This document shows, piece by piece, positions 29,197-55,529 of a stretch of 64,000 nucleotides of DNA. The stretch lies in the NCBI GenBank assembly GCA_965112735.1, contig OZ218953.1, forward strand, positions 4,092,001-4,156,000. The letters are read 5' to 3'. A program made the position numbers and the translations under genes. Every line of letters starts with the position of its first letter. Positions within the stretch are counted from its first letter, which is position 1. The DNA comes from Phaeosaccion multiseriatum (Eukaryota > Protista > Ochrophyta, other classes). The notes under the pieces are model-generated. The model was not told the DNA's origin. It was given only the letters and a program-made list of their open reading frames with translations, and searched no databases.

Positions 29197-31314
29197 TCAC
29201 TTCCTCTTCTTTCCATTGACAACCTTCTTCCCCTGGCTGAGAGTCGCCTGCTGGGCGTAGTAGTCCTGAGTGTAGAGGAAAGCAGCAAGGACGAATCAGA
29301 TCCATATACGCACATGAGGCCAGAGCAACAGACGGTCCTGTTTGGCACGCACGCTCCTACCTTGACGAGGGAGTAGAGGAGGACTCCTCCGACGGCCAGG
29401 GCGGATCCCACCATCGCCATTGGCGTCAGCTCGCTCTTGAACACAACGACGGAGACGCCGATGAGCACCACGCGCTTGATGGTGTTGCCCACGGCGTGTG
29501 TGATGGGGTGCACCTTGTCCAGGCAGAGGAAGGCCACCTCGTTGTACAGGTAGTAGAAGAGGCCTGTACGGGGCGGGGGGGAGAGGGAATGAGTGCCTCG
29601 CAAGCAGAAAGGCCTGCCGAGTGTCTGGGGGGTCTTGGGTGTAGGGCGGACACGGCACACTCACCGGAGAGGACGATGCCGGTGCCGAGCACCTGAGGAG
29701 AGCTACCGGCAGTCACAGCGGCGTCCCACATATTCTGCATTTCCTGCCCCTCCATAAAGAGGGAGATGGGCGCCAGCATGAGGAAGGCGAGCATGGTGAG
29801 GATGGCGTATAGGTTCTGGGGCGTCATGTTTGTGCCTGTGTTGAAAGCACGGCCACGCGAGGCACGGGGCAGGGGCAGGGACAGGAGGAAGAAAGGGGGG
29901 TTCAGTGGCGAGTCTCGTCGAGATACCAACCAACAAGTATGGTTGACTGCCTGCCCACCCGCGCGGAGCCAAAGCTACTAGGGCAAAGTATTATGGGTGG
30001 GTGCCATAATTCACCACTCACCGATGGGCTTGGACATGTTGGTCTTGGCGATGATGCCCCGCATGGCCGAAGCAACGTTGGAGGTCATGGCGGCTCCCAG
30101 TGCGAGGTAGGAGAAGGTCAGCTCCTTCATCGAAGCCAGGGCCACACCGGCCACCACGGGGATGAGCGTGGCGTACACCATGGGGTGGAAGAACTGCTTC
30201 AGGAACAGACCGGAGAAGATGGCGGTGAAGAAGGGTTCACCTGCCTTCACAATGTGCGTGAATGAGACAGCCCCAGCGCCGAGAGACACGACGGCCGACA
30301 AATGGGCCACCATGTGCGCAGCCGCCATTGGAGAGAGGTCCTTCACGTTCTCTGCGGACAGGCCGGGGGCCTTACGCAGGCGTGTGATCCAGAGGATGAG
30401 CACGTAGGGAATTCCCAAGAACAGCTGCATCAAAGCTAGCGTGTATGGCAATGGCAGAGCATTGAGCGTCTTCTTGTTGTGGATACTGAGTGAGAGGAGG
30501 GAGCAACATGAGGAGGAGGAGCCGTGAGGGTGGGTCTCTGATTATTGTGAATAAGCTTGCTGCACTTGGACGCAGCGTTGCCTAGGCCCGCGCTCCACCA
30601 CAACCCCTTTTTTCACCTCGCTCGCCTTCCCCACAGGAACAAAGCATCTGCATGCGGCAAAGCGCACGGCCTCGGTGATCACATATAACGCAGATATGCC
30701 TGCCCTTGTCTCTCTCTCCCCCCCCCCCTGCTGCCAGTTCCTGCTGCTCATTGTGCCTCCACTGAATACACGCAAAATCACCTCCATCGGTGCCGCAGTG
30801 ACTGTGTAAGGATCTCAGGACGTCTGCTGCTGCTGCCATAGCGGCGTCCAAGTGCCATGGTGGCGAGTCGGAATGCTCGAATGAAACATGCGCACTTCAA
30901 CAAGTGAGCGAGCCTGCAGCGTACACCCTCTCTATCCACTCCCGCAGGCTCTCCTCACGACTCGCTCGGAACTCCCTCATTTGCAAGTCTCTTGGTACAC
31001 AACACAACCCATGGCACTCACTTGTATCCCACGTTGAGCGCGTACCACAGCCCAAAGTAGAATCCCACCTTGAGCCTGGCCATCAGCTGAGAGCCCTCTC
31101 CACCCCGCACGGACGCAACTGCCGTCGAGGACTCGATGACGGGCGAGACATCAAGTTGGGCAACTTGTTTTGGCACTTCCTTGACCAAACCATGGCCAGT
31201 GGCGTCTCTCTGAAGCTGTGGGGTTGTGAGCTGAGTAGAGGGTGAAACAAAGGCGGACGACGAGGTAGCGGCAGCAACCGCGAGGATCAGGGAGAGAGCT
31301 CCAGACGCCTTCAT
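29197..31314 (-). CDS. Plastid triose-phosphate/phosphate translocator family protein, multi-exon
   Basis: Signal peptide plus SSA-FVSP motif. Contains GFYFGLWYALNVGY, AVSFTHIVKAGEPFF, NLYAILT, GLFYYLYNEVAFLCLDKVHPITHAVGNTIKRV. Confidence 0.93.
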
Positions 31315-31472
31315 TGCTGTAAACTATATAAGGAAAGGAGATGAGGAGGGTCTTAATTAAGGGGCCTCGTCACACTTCGTGGGGTTGAAAAAAGCGACGG
31401 ATAGGTTGGGTCCCCAAAAAACCCCAAATCCCTTCACCTTAACCCCTTGCTTACAACTCAGATGTGCTGAGA

Positions 31473-32407
31473 ATGCATCATGTAAAATGGAGGAGCATAA
31501 GCCTCTGGGTGGCTCTAATTGTTCTCAGCCTCAGCTGTGTGAGAGCTTATACGGGGAGTGGGCTCAAGCCAAGCAGAATCAAACCGAGAATGAGGAGAGG
31601 GGTCAAAGAGAAGGGCTCGGAGACGGGGGGCTTTACTCGACGCACACTGCTCCTTCAGGGGTCGCTGATGGCAGCCAGTGTCTTTCTTCGGCCTTCTGGG
31701 GCGGTGGCCTTCGTACCGACCATCGATGATTACAAAAACACCGAGACTGGAGCCAAACGGAAGGACAGGGCCTCAGGAGGTAGGAGCAACACCGCTGCGG
31801 GGCCTCTGGAGAGCAAAGATGACATGCTGCAGCTCTTGCGCTCCATGGAAACGACACTGAACAAGACGCGTCCCATGATTGTGAGTTGTGAGTCAACCAA
31901 CACCTTCCCACCAACGGAGGAACTAATGATCGCCTTGCCCCGTGCAGGAAAAGGAGCAGTGGGATGACATCTTAGCCCTGACCAAGACGCCACCCCTCGA
32001 CCTTTTGAGGAGTCCCACTTTGGGCGGTGCCAAGACCGCACAGCTGGGGCTGGACACTGTGCAAATGAAGGAGGTGGCGGAGGCGAGGCGTGAAGCCGCT
32101 GTGGCGCTCAATCTCTTTCAAGACTACGCCTTCAGGTATGCCTCTCGCACTTCCCCTTTGCTTCCCAGCTCGCGGCTTTGTAACTGTTATTTCCTTGTCT
32201 GCCCTCCCGACGACGCTGCTGGGCGTTTTTGGCAGCAACCGAGTCATCTTTTTCAACTCCGCAGATCGTGACGCCGTCAAGGCCCTTGCAGAGGAGAACG
32301 GACCCCAGTTGGAGGCTGACAGAGCAGAGAAGCTCGCAGAGCCATTGGAGCTCTGGGAAGATGCGACCTCCACTCTCGCTCAGCTAATGTCGGCGGCGCA
32401 GCGGTAG
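31473..32407 (+). CDS. Thylakoid-lumen-targeted protein, possibly PsbQ-like, 3 exons
   Basis: Signal peptide, basic transit peptide, twin-Arg FTRRTLL..AVA motif, then a helical body with I-GKEQWDDI. Introns at ~31881-31948 and ~32137-32236. Confidence 0.6.
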
Positions 32408-33139
32408 GAGAGCGCGTCGGGAGAGCGAGAGACGACAAGATAACAGGCATCAACAAGTCGATGCACCACACTTTAAGTACCGGAAGAGGGAAGGGCGCGG
32501 ATTTCGCCTTGCGCGACGCAGCACCACGCGGGCTCGGACGACTCCGCTGCTTCTCTCCTCTGCCCGGCCATCGTAGCCAGGCCGACGACCTTCCGCCCTC
32601 TGGACCGGCATCGAGAACCGAGTCGGCGCCGGCAGTCTCATGGGGAAATAAGGCCACGGCACGAGCACGAGGCTCCTCTTGCTTGTCAAGAAACTGCGCA
32701 GCCCCTCGCTTCGGAGCAGTCGGCTTGGGGACGCAAGGCTTCCGGAGAAGGCCTAGATTGTAGCTGCCTCCCTCGATCGCCAGGCGACTTACCACGAAGA
32801 ACAAACAGTACAGGAGAATCGCGGCTCTGGGCTTTGTGCGGAGCGTGCTGTGCCCCTGGCTCCGCAAATGGAAATATATACAGGAATACGCTCCTGCTGG
32901 CGTGGGTATATAAATACGGAGAGAGCGAAATAAACCAAATATTTTACGCTACATTCAACTTCAGTCACGGAGAGAGGGATACCGACCGATCGATACCCGT
33001 CCCTTTTGCCCATTTGCTACCAGAGAAGCAGAGGAGACTCACAAGGGAGGCCTCTGGGCATTTCATTGTGAAGGCTTGCACATCCACCAATACAAGAGAC
33101 CCATCACTTCCCGCAGCTAAAACCCCACCACTGACGGCC

Positions 33140-33345
33140 TCTTCCTGAGCCCGACCGCCGCGTTGAGGCCACGCCCGCAAGCGATCACGAGGTCAAGGGC
33201 GAGCGGAGGGCTAAAAACCTAAACCTAGCCCAGCGCTGCCACGACGCGACGGGCGAGCGGCAGTCGTAGGGTCCGTGCCGCCTACCACCTCTGGGCTGCG
33301 GAGTGGCCGCGCCTCCGCTTTGGTGATACACGCTCAGGGGCTGAT
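33140..33345 (+). ncRNA. Candidate structured ncRNA (telomerase-RNA-like)
   Basis: Upstream GACCCATCA (33098), template-like AACCTAAACCTA (33216-33227), several complementary stems and a possible pseudoknot. Speculative. Confidence 0.25.
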
Positions 33346-34850
33346 GTGTGAAAGAGATGAGAGATCAGGCCCTTGACAGAACAGAGGGCCAAAAGGTTGC
33401 GGCTCTTCTCTGTCTGGCGTCGTTGCAGCAGCGGGGAATGGGGGGGAAGGTGGACACAAGGCACACACGTCAGGTGGAGCAGCACTTGGATCGGCAGCGC
33501 GAGCGTTCACAGCCACGGGGCGTATGTGATTGTGGGATGAAATGAAGCGGATCAGTGTAACTATGACATTAGTAAAGCCGCCATTGCGCAAGTCCCCAAT
33601 GACTGGAGAGTGGTATGCGCTGCACGGGATTTGGAAGTTGTCTTCATATCCGCCATCAAAAACAAAAAAACAACACATACACACAAGAGGTGATATATAG
33701 GCACATTTGTGGTGGTGGAGGAGTCGTCGTATGAGTCAGCGAACTTTGAAGAAACTCGTCATTATAAGGCCACGCTGCCGCGACCGGTATCGACTGACAA
33801 TTAATTGTTCTCATCGTCCTCATTCGTCTCCACCTCCACCGACGTCACTGGGCGCACGCATCATGACAGGAATACTAACATCATCACCACCACCAATGCC
33901 ACACACCTGTCCTTCATCGCCATAGCTTCGCGGCATGGTGTCTGTCACAAGAGGGGGGAGTCGTCCACCGCTGCCTGGCTCTGTAGCCATGTGTGTCTAC
34001 CCAACTCTCGAGCATCGCTCAGAGTGAGGACCGCTAGCGCAGCTAATGAAGGAGACAGCGCGGAAAGAGGAAAGAGCCACACCGTAAGTGAATGAAGCAA
34101 GATCGGGTTGCCTTTGTGCTGGAAATGAATGGAGGGACGGCAGAACAACTATGCAAGACTGACTCATTTAAGCGCTGTATCACCATCAATTGGTAAGACG
34201 GGTAAACGGCATGTTTTGGCTTTAATATAATCCTAGTCAAGTGCTTCGTTCAAGTCGTAAGCAGCCCTTTGCTCTCATCTCTCTCTGGAAAAGGAAGCTC
34301 ACCTTATTCACCGAGGCGAGGTTGCCATACCTCCAGGCAGAAAAAACGGCTTCGTAGTGCAGTAGTTGCGCCCATAGACCAACGACGTCGTGATGGTTTA
34401 CTGCTCCTTCCTTGCGAAGCGATGAATGCACGGCCGGGGATACGGGAGCTTTACCCCATCATGACCGCGAGGCGAGAGCTTTCGCCGGTGATTTGGTTCG
34501 GAGAGAACTGCCGGGTACCCAGCTATCCATCACCACACCCATGACTGCGTAATCTTAAAGACATGGAGGTGGGATGGCTGTGCGGCTCCCATTCAAAGCC
34601 AAGCTCACCCCTGGGATTTGTTGACATAACGTCAAGCGATCTTTCGATTGGTTGTGCTTTTGATTGGAGATAAAGGCAGCAGAGAGACGGCGTCGGGACG
34701 TGCTGTGGACCCTTCGTGCCCACGGATGCATGCACACCCTAATTCGAAGAGCAAGTAGGAAGGAAATGAGAGGCGCAAGGGAGTAAGTAGCCAAGGAGCC
34801 GAGGAGAAAATACAAGAGCAAGCAGGCAGGCCAGCAGCACCAAGGAAAGA

Positions 34851-47617
<12,767 letters not shown>

Positions 47618-48328
47618 TGGAAGAGGAGAGGAGTCTGGTGCGAGGGTATGTCAACAAAGGCGCTGCCTACCGAGAAGGAGGGGGAGGAGAGGGCAGCGTA
47701 GTCCGCCAAGAGAGAAGGGGAGGGCAAGCCTAAGCAGAGGGCAAGCCTAAGCAGAGGGCAAGCCTGAGGAGAGGGTTTTGCCGAGAGGGGAGGGAAGATT
47801 CCCTGGAGGGGCGGGCGTCGGGGGGGAGGGGGGGAGAGAGAGATTTCACAACAGATACACGCTCTCTGACCATTTTTGATAGGACGAGGGGAATGGCTGA
47901 TCAATGATAATAATGTGAATGTATGATAAATTTCACTTATAATTGTTGTACACTAGTACTTCGTATGTACGATGATTGTAGAGCTGGACTGACATCGCCC
48001 CCCCCCGCCAGAACATCTCTGTTCCGTCCGAGCGCCCGCCAGGCAGGTCCCTGGCAGGCAGGTAGGTCCCAGATGCTCTACTACTGTATGGTACTTACAA
48101 CGGGCAAGGGGCAAGGGGCAAGGGGCTAGGCTGGAGGCTGTCGTAGCACTCTTGCTGCAATCACGTCACACGCAAAGGAACGAGTCTTGACTCTTGTTGC
48201 TTGACGAGGGGAGAGTGCTCTTGTTGATACGATGTAGCGACAGAAGGAGTGTGCGATGTTCGTTCCAAACTGTCAACACATCGGAATGGGATGGAAAGCC
48301 GGGCTCATAGGCTCAGCGGCTCAGAGGC

Positions 48329-51300
48329 TCAGATGCTGAGCAGCATGGCGGTACCGCGCTTGCACCAAAACTCCGGCGATCGCCCCCCTGCTTTGAGCTC
48401 CGCCCCAATGACGAAGGACGGCCTCTCGCGACTGCCCGTTCGAATGGGATACATGTATGTGGGGCACAAGTACACACCCTTGGGGGCCTTCTTGCGCGCC
48501 TCCGCCGGTTTGAAGTGGATGATAGGCATGGGGAAGTACAGCTCCATGGGTAAAGGTTCCTCCAGACAGCCGTCCACGCGGTTCCATCGAGCGCCTTCCA
48601 AAAAGAGCCCTTCGCAGTACGCACCCTCGGCGGGGCCCGAGGAGAGGGAAGATGCCTCTTGGGCAAGCACGCTAAACTCCCAATTGAGGGTATCGATGGC
48701 GATGCCGTTCTTCCTCGCCGAGGTTTGAAGGAGGGCCGTGAGGAAGCCGGTGGGGTACGTCATGCCCGGCAGCCAAAACACCTTCGGCATGGCCTCAAGG
48801 CTCCAGGAGCGGATCTGCTCGATGCGCTGGATCAAGTCCCTCACCCATCCGCCAAGGGGTTTCAAGGACGGGTAGCAGAAGGACCACGCCCCTGCCACCT
48901 TAAAGTCCAACAGGGCGGCAATCACTTCCTCGAGCTCGGGCGTCACCACCACCAACCCGCGCACCGCCCGCTTGAGTTGCGACAGTTGTGAGTGCATCTT
49001 GCGCAGCAATACATTGTACCGCTCCACTTCTTGTAACAGCACCGTCTTCATTGGGTCCGGGTCCGAGCGCGCCCCCAACTTGTCTCGAACCTCGTCCATG
49101 TCCAGCGCCACCGGCACTTGCTCCTGCAACGCCACCGCCTGGGCAAACACCTTGTCTTCGTTGCTCTCTCCGTCTCCCTCCGTGGCCTTGGGCTGCAGTC
49201 CCACCATGGTGTCTAGCAAGTTGTTGGTGTCCTCAATCAAAGAGGCAATGTCCGCATTGGGATGCTGTCCAAAGGCCGCCGGGTGGTCGCTCTTGGGGAA
49301 GTGGCCAATCGCGTCCTTGTAGGACTGAAGGTCCCCGTCGGGCGGCACAAAGTACTCCTTGAGCTCACTGAGGGAGAACTTGCTCACCTCGATGGCATCA
49401 CTGCACAGGAACTGCTCCATGTACGTGTTGACCAGTCTTCTGTCCCACGACTCTGTGACCCGTCCCCCGTAATTGGCCTCGGCAATGAGGTACCGCATGG
49501 CCTCAAACGGAGTCTTGTCTGGGTAATCGTCGAGAAAGACAATGATGAGGTCGTGACAGATGCTAAAGTCACTCTCGTTGAACTCGTAGGGCACGTTGAA
49601 GCCCAGGGCCTTGAACTTGCGGCGCTCGAGGAGAATGGCGTGGAACCAACACAGCGTAAAGAGCAACTTCTTGTACTTGCCCGCCTGCCCACAGCGGTTG
49701 AACTGCTCCTCCGAAATGATGTTGTACAGGGTCAACATGTTGGCGCGGAGTCCGCTGGGGGGCTCCGTCGTCATCTTGATGCCTCGCTGTAAAATGGTGA
49801 TGGGGAACTTGGGGTTGGGGGCCGAGGACAGCCACAGACGAAAGTTGCGATGCGGGGTGCCGGCACAAATGTCCTCCACAATCTTCTCCAACTCGGGCAT
49901 CCAGCTCAACATCAAGTGGCAATTGGCCAGCACCACCCAGTGGCCTTCACGCGATCCCTCGCTAATCATGCGTATGGCGGTGGGTGCTTGCCCTTGTCCG
50001 AGGGCAACATTGTCCATGTGAATCCCTGACGCCGTGGCCAGAGATTGGACTTGGGCAGTGGGGTCCACCCCGGGGGACAAGACAAAGATGAGCGGGGTGC
50101 GTGGCGTGGACCCGCTGTAGATGGCCTTCAAATCAAAGGCCGGGGGGTCGGCGAACTGCGGACCGAGGTTGTTGGCCACGTAGTTGGTTGCGCTAAAGAG
50201 GATGCGGTCGGCGCGGAGGGAGCGCAGGATGCAGAGGCGCTGCAGGTCCGAGCAGGAGGACTCCCACTGTAACGGCAACGGCTCCATCTCGGGCTTGTTG
50301 CAGAGGTACCAGGCCTTCCAGTCTCTTCCCGCCTGCTCGAAGGACGCGGCGAGTCCGTTGAACGGTCCGAGACTGTCGAGCTCCGTAATGTTGTCCCAGG
50401 TGGCCTCGTCGATCCAATCGGTGCAGGGGTTGGGCCTTTGGCTGGAGCGGTCGACCACCACGCCGCCAAAGAGGAAGAAGTTAAACTCCTCGGCAGGGAC
50501 CTTGTTTTGTTGCGCCAGGATGCGGAAGCAGAGCTGCAGAGAGAAGAGCAGCTTGTGCCGCTCGAACAGTCCGCGACAGGTGTACTGGTAGACTGCGAAA
50601 GTGTGGTAGTTGTTGATGGTCTGGCACCGCTCCGCCACGCCGCCGTCCTGCCCGTCCGTATCACCAACGGCCTTGCTGCCCCCCCCACCCTTGTTGTCGC
50701 CGCCTCCTCCTCCTCCTGCTCCTCCTCCTGCTCCTCCTCCTCCTCCTCCTCCTCCTCCCCGACCGCCATTGGCATCCTCCCCCTTCCCTCCGCCCCCGCC
50801 TCCTCCACCACCGCCTCCCCCCTCCCCCCCCCCACCCCCTCCTCCGCCTCCTCCCCCGGCCCCGCCCCCACCTCCTCCCCTGGACCCCTCGATACTCGAG
50901 TTGAACAAGTCCACATAGGCATCAAGGCTGAACTGATACATTGGGTCCACTCTCGCAAGGTCGTCAAGCACAAAGTAGGCCACGGACGCTCGGATGGAAG
51001 CCGCTCGATAGCCCTCTCTCGCCGCATCAATCTTGATGGCCGTCTCCTCCGCCACGGTCAGCTGCTGCGTCACCTCCTCCGAAATCGTTTTGGATTCTTG
51101 TAACGTATTGACAAGGTTCAGATCGTCCAATAGCGACCCGGTGGACTCGCTCAGCAGCCGAAGAATCTCATTCTCCAGATCCACAAGCTTCTTCTTGCCC
51201 GCAGCCACCTTGACCGTGAGCTCGCTGCTCTGCTCCTCCAAGGCGGGCTGTTCCTTCTGTACGACAATGCCGAGCAGCTGCGCCTCCAGGCCTTGCTGCT

Positions 51301-52256
51301 TGACACTGAAATTCACCACCGTGGTCTTGGTAGAGACCTCGGGTGTGTAGTGTGGGTTGCCCAGCTTGGTGGTAATGTAGAGGCGGAAATCCGGGTTCCA
51401 GTCCAGCTCCTTGTCCCCGAGGCGAATCACCTCCCGATTGCCCACCTTGATTATGGCCTTGCTTAACACCGGCTCCAAGGAAGGGTCCAGGTCCTCCAAC
51501 ACATCTTGCAGGAGGCAAGGAAGGCCGTAGGTGATGCAGTTGCCCAGCTCTCTCAAGTAGTCCTTCATGTTCAAGTCCACGATGCGCAAGTCCTCCCCCT
51601 CCATGGCCTTGACCCACTTGTTGGCCTGCCCTTGCGGATCCACCATCAGTGGCCAGCGGCTTCCTCGGGTCACCATGACTCCATTTTCTGTGCTAAAGTC
51701 ATCCTTGGGCAGGCCTTGAATGTTCCACGCACGCACATCGGTTGGCTTGGCCAGGAAATTCGTGAAGCTGAAACCGTCGGAAAAGGGCACTCCCTGCGCC
51801 TTAATTTCCGCGAGCCAAATCGTCACAAGATTGCCCCTGTACACGGCGTCGAAGGGCCCTGCGTAGGACAAGAAGGCAGCGGCAACAAGAGAGTCGCCCA
51901 CCAGTTGGGATATTTGCCCCTCGTAGGTGCCAATGGAGGCCTGCCATCGTGTAAACTCTCCGGCCAAGCCGTTGACGAGCTTATCGGCCCGCTCGAGCTT
52001 GTCTTGCAGCATCTGACTCTCCTCCATGAGTGCGTTCTTCTGCCCCACAGACTCGTCGTAGCGCCGCTTCAGCTCGTCCACCTTGGCAATCACCTGTTTG
52101 TGTTGATGTTCAAGTTCAAGTTCAAGTTCGGTTACAGTTTCAGTGACTGGATCAGCAGCGGGAAGCTGGGTCAGGGAGAGAGCGAGGCTGGAATGGAAGA
52201 ATGAAGCTGGGCCAGACAGCGGCCACTATCGACCCACACCCACACACACCCACACA

Positions 52257-52337
<81 letters not shown>

Positions 52338-52888
52338 ACACACACTCACACACACACCCACACACACCTACACACACGCACAATGTCCACCTTCTCACCT
52401 CCGCGAGCTTCGCCTGTGCCGCGTCGAGGCCTGCCTGCTTGGCAGCAAGCGTCTCCTCCGCCTCGCGCAGACGGGCCCGCTTGGGGGCAACATCCTTGGC
52501 GACGTTTGCGTAGATGTAGATGGCGTGCACCCACGTGCAGAGAGCAGCGGCGGCGCCTGATACTTTGGCCACGCTCTCTGGAGTGAACTCAGACATGTTG
52601 ACGTACTTGCGGATCTTGTTCATGAGCGAGTTGCTCACATTGTCCTTGTCGTATGACTTGATCTGTCGGTTTTGGGAGGGGAGGGGGGAGGGAGAGGGGG
52701 ACGGAGTGGGAGGGAGGGAGGGAAGGACGGAGGGAGGGAAGGACGGAGGGAGGGAGGAAGGGAGGGAGGGGAGGAGTCTTGAGTTGAGGCGTCGCGTATT
52801 CAAAGTGAAACGGGGAGCGGAGAGCCCTCGCTCTCGTGGACACACCCACCCACCCCACCCTCACACACGGACCCACCTCCCCACCCCT

Positions 52889-52924
<36 letters not shown>

Positions 52925-55457
52925 ACACACAGCCCTACCTGCTGCAAGAAGTTGCCCGAGAGCGCCGCCTTAGCAGAGGCCCAATCCGTGCTCTTGCCGA
53001 ACATGATCATCACCGCCGCCATCACCGTCTCAACAAGGGGGGGAGGTTTTGCGTACGCCTTCACCTCTGTGATGGAGGCCTTGTCGAGCTTCTCCACTTC
53101 CGCCATGGCCTTCTCGAGAGCGGGCATGGCCACTGCCAGGTCGGCTTGGGCATCGTCGGAGATGGCCTTGCACTCGACGGCTTCCTTGCCAATCTTCTCG
53201 GACTCGGCCTCAACCTGGGGTGGGGTGGGTGGGTGAGAGTGGGTCGTGTCAGGACAGAGGGTGGGTGGGGTGGGCAGGGGGGGGGGAGGGAGGGAAGGAG
53301 GGAGGGAGAGAGGGAGGGAGGCAGGGAGAGGGAGAGAGGGAGTGCCCACTCAGGAGGGTACAATTGTACTCACTGAGGGAAAGCATTCACCCACCCACCC
53401 ACCCACCTGTTTGCGCTGCTCGTCGGCCACCCTCCTCTCGGACACAATCTCCACCAGCAACTCCTCGCAGTCCTTCTGCGCCTGAGACACCACCACCTTT
53501 TTCTTCTCCAGCTCGACACTCATCGTCTCCACCTGCTGCCGCGCCTCCGTCAACTTAGTGAGACCGTTCCTCAGCTTGTTGCAGCTGTCACTGAGGCTAA
53601 GCCGTCGCTCGTCCATGATGTTGCGATAACCCTTGACGAGCTCGAGGTAGTTGGTGGGTGTCACATAGTTGTGCCGTTTGAGCTCATCGAGCATCTTCTC
53701 GGACGCGTCTTGCACGCTTGTGTGCATGGTGGAGAATATCCTCGCCACCTTGGGCCTGTGGTGTGTGTGATTGGGTGGTTGTGTGGTTCAGTCAGTCAGT
53801 CAGTCAATCAGTCAGTCAGTGTGGGAGGCAAGCAGCAGTCAGTCAGCCAGTCAGTTTGTCTGTCAGTTCAGTCAGTCAGTCAGTTCAGTCGGTCAGTCAG
53901 TCAGTCAATACCAGGTGTCAGTCAGTCAGTCAGTCAGTCAGTCAGTCACTCACTCATCGGACAGGCAGTCATTCAGTCAGCCAGTCAGTCAGCTAGTCAA
54001 TTCAGTCAGTCAGGCAGTTCAGTTTAGGCAGGTACTCAGTTCAGTCAGTCAGCCAATCAGTCAGTCAGTCGGTCAGTCAGTCAGTCAGTCAGTCAGTCAG
54101 TCAGTCAGTCAGTCAGTCAGTCAGTCAGTCAGTCAATTCAGTCAGTCAAGCGCCTCACTTGCTTCCTGCACCTACACCCACCTGTGGTCTTCGCTGTCCA
54201 TGCGGATCTCAGCGATGAAGCGAGAGGCCACCTCGACCAGGGCCTCTGCCGGCCACTTGCAGAACCAATCGATCGTGGTGCAGTTCACCAGCCCGGGGTA
54301 CATGCGGGTGCGGTTACGGAAAGTCTCGCCTATCGTGTTGGTGTATTGGTGTTGCATTTGTGTTGTGGCGGCGGTTTGAGTAACGAGGGCATGGGGGCGT
54401 CAGTCAGAATACACTTTTGATGTTGCAACTGCAAGAGAGGGGAGGGGGGGAGGGAGAAAAAAATCCTCACAAGGGGGAGAAACAACCCGTCTCAATCGCA
54501 AAAACAGTTTTGCGTGTGTGTAAAGACGAAGCAAGCTCTCTCTCTCTCCAAGGAGAAGAATGAATGGAGTGAATTGAAAGCGGTGGTCTTCCAGCGCCAT
54601 CCCCGGCCATCCCCGGCCATCCCCGGCCATCCCCTGTCATCCCCTGCCATCCCCCACTGACCGATGGGCGACATGGCCAGCACAACGTGAAGGTTCGCTC
54701 TGCATCGGTCTACGAAGAACTTCCACATTGCTTCCGCGGTCTCGTCGATACCAGCAGCCTTCCCTGCCTTGCGCAGCCCTGGGGAGGTGAAGAGGGGGGG
54801 AGGAGGTGAAGAGAGAGGGGGGGAGGGGATGGACAGATGGAGAGGGGGGGGGGAGATGAAGAGAGAGGGGGGGAGGGGATGGACAGGTGAAGAGGGGGGG
54901 GGGGGATGAAGAGAGAGGGGGGGAGGGGATGGACAGATGGAGAGGGGGGGAGGAGGTGAAGAGAGAGGGGGGGAGGGGATGGACAGGTGAAGAGGGGGGG
55001 AGGAGATGAAGAGAGAGGGGGGGAGGGGATGGACAGGTGAAGAGGGGGGGAGGAGGTGAAGAGAGAGGGGGGGAGGGGATGGATAGATGGAGAGGGGGGG
55101 AGGAGATGAAGAGAGAGGGGGGGAGGGGATGGACAGATGGAGAGGGGGGGGGAGATGAAGAGAGAGGGGGGGAGGGGATGGACAGGTGAAGAGGGGGGGG
55201 GGAGATGAAGAGAGAGGGGGGGAGGGGGGGGAGGGGATGGACAGATGGAGAGGGGGGGAGGAGGTGAAGAGAGAGGGGGGGAGGGGATGGATAGATGGAG
55301 AGGGGGGGAGGAGGTGAAGAGAGAGGGGGGGAGGGGATGGACAGATGGAGAGGGGGGGGGGAGATGAAGAGAGAGGGGGGGAGGGGGGGGAGGGGATGGA
55401 CAGATGGAGATGCATGAAGGAGAAGAGTGAGGGGGGGCGCGCAAGAGAGAGAGAGAC

Positions 55458-55529
<72 letters not shown>

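Noticed and set aside
33110-33345. RNase MRP RNA (GGGGCT near 33337)
   Set aside because: The matching GAAAGTCCCC-type CR-I motif is absent.
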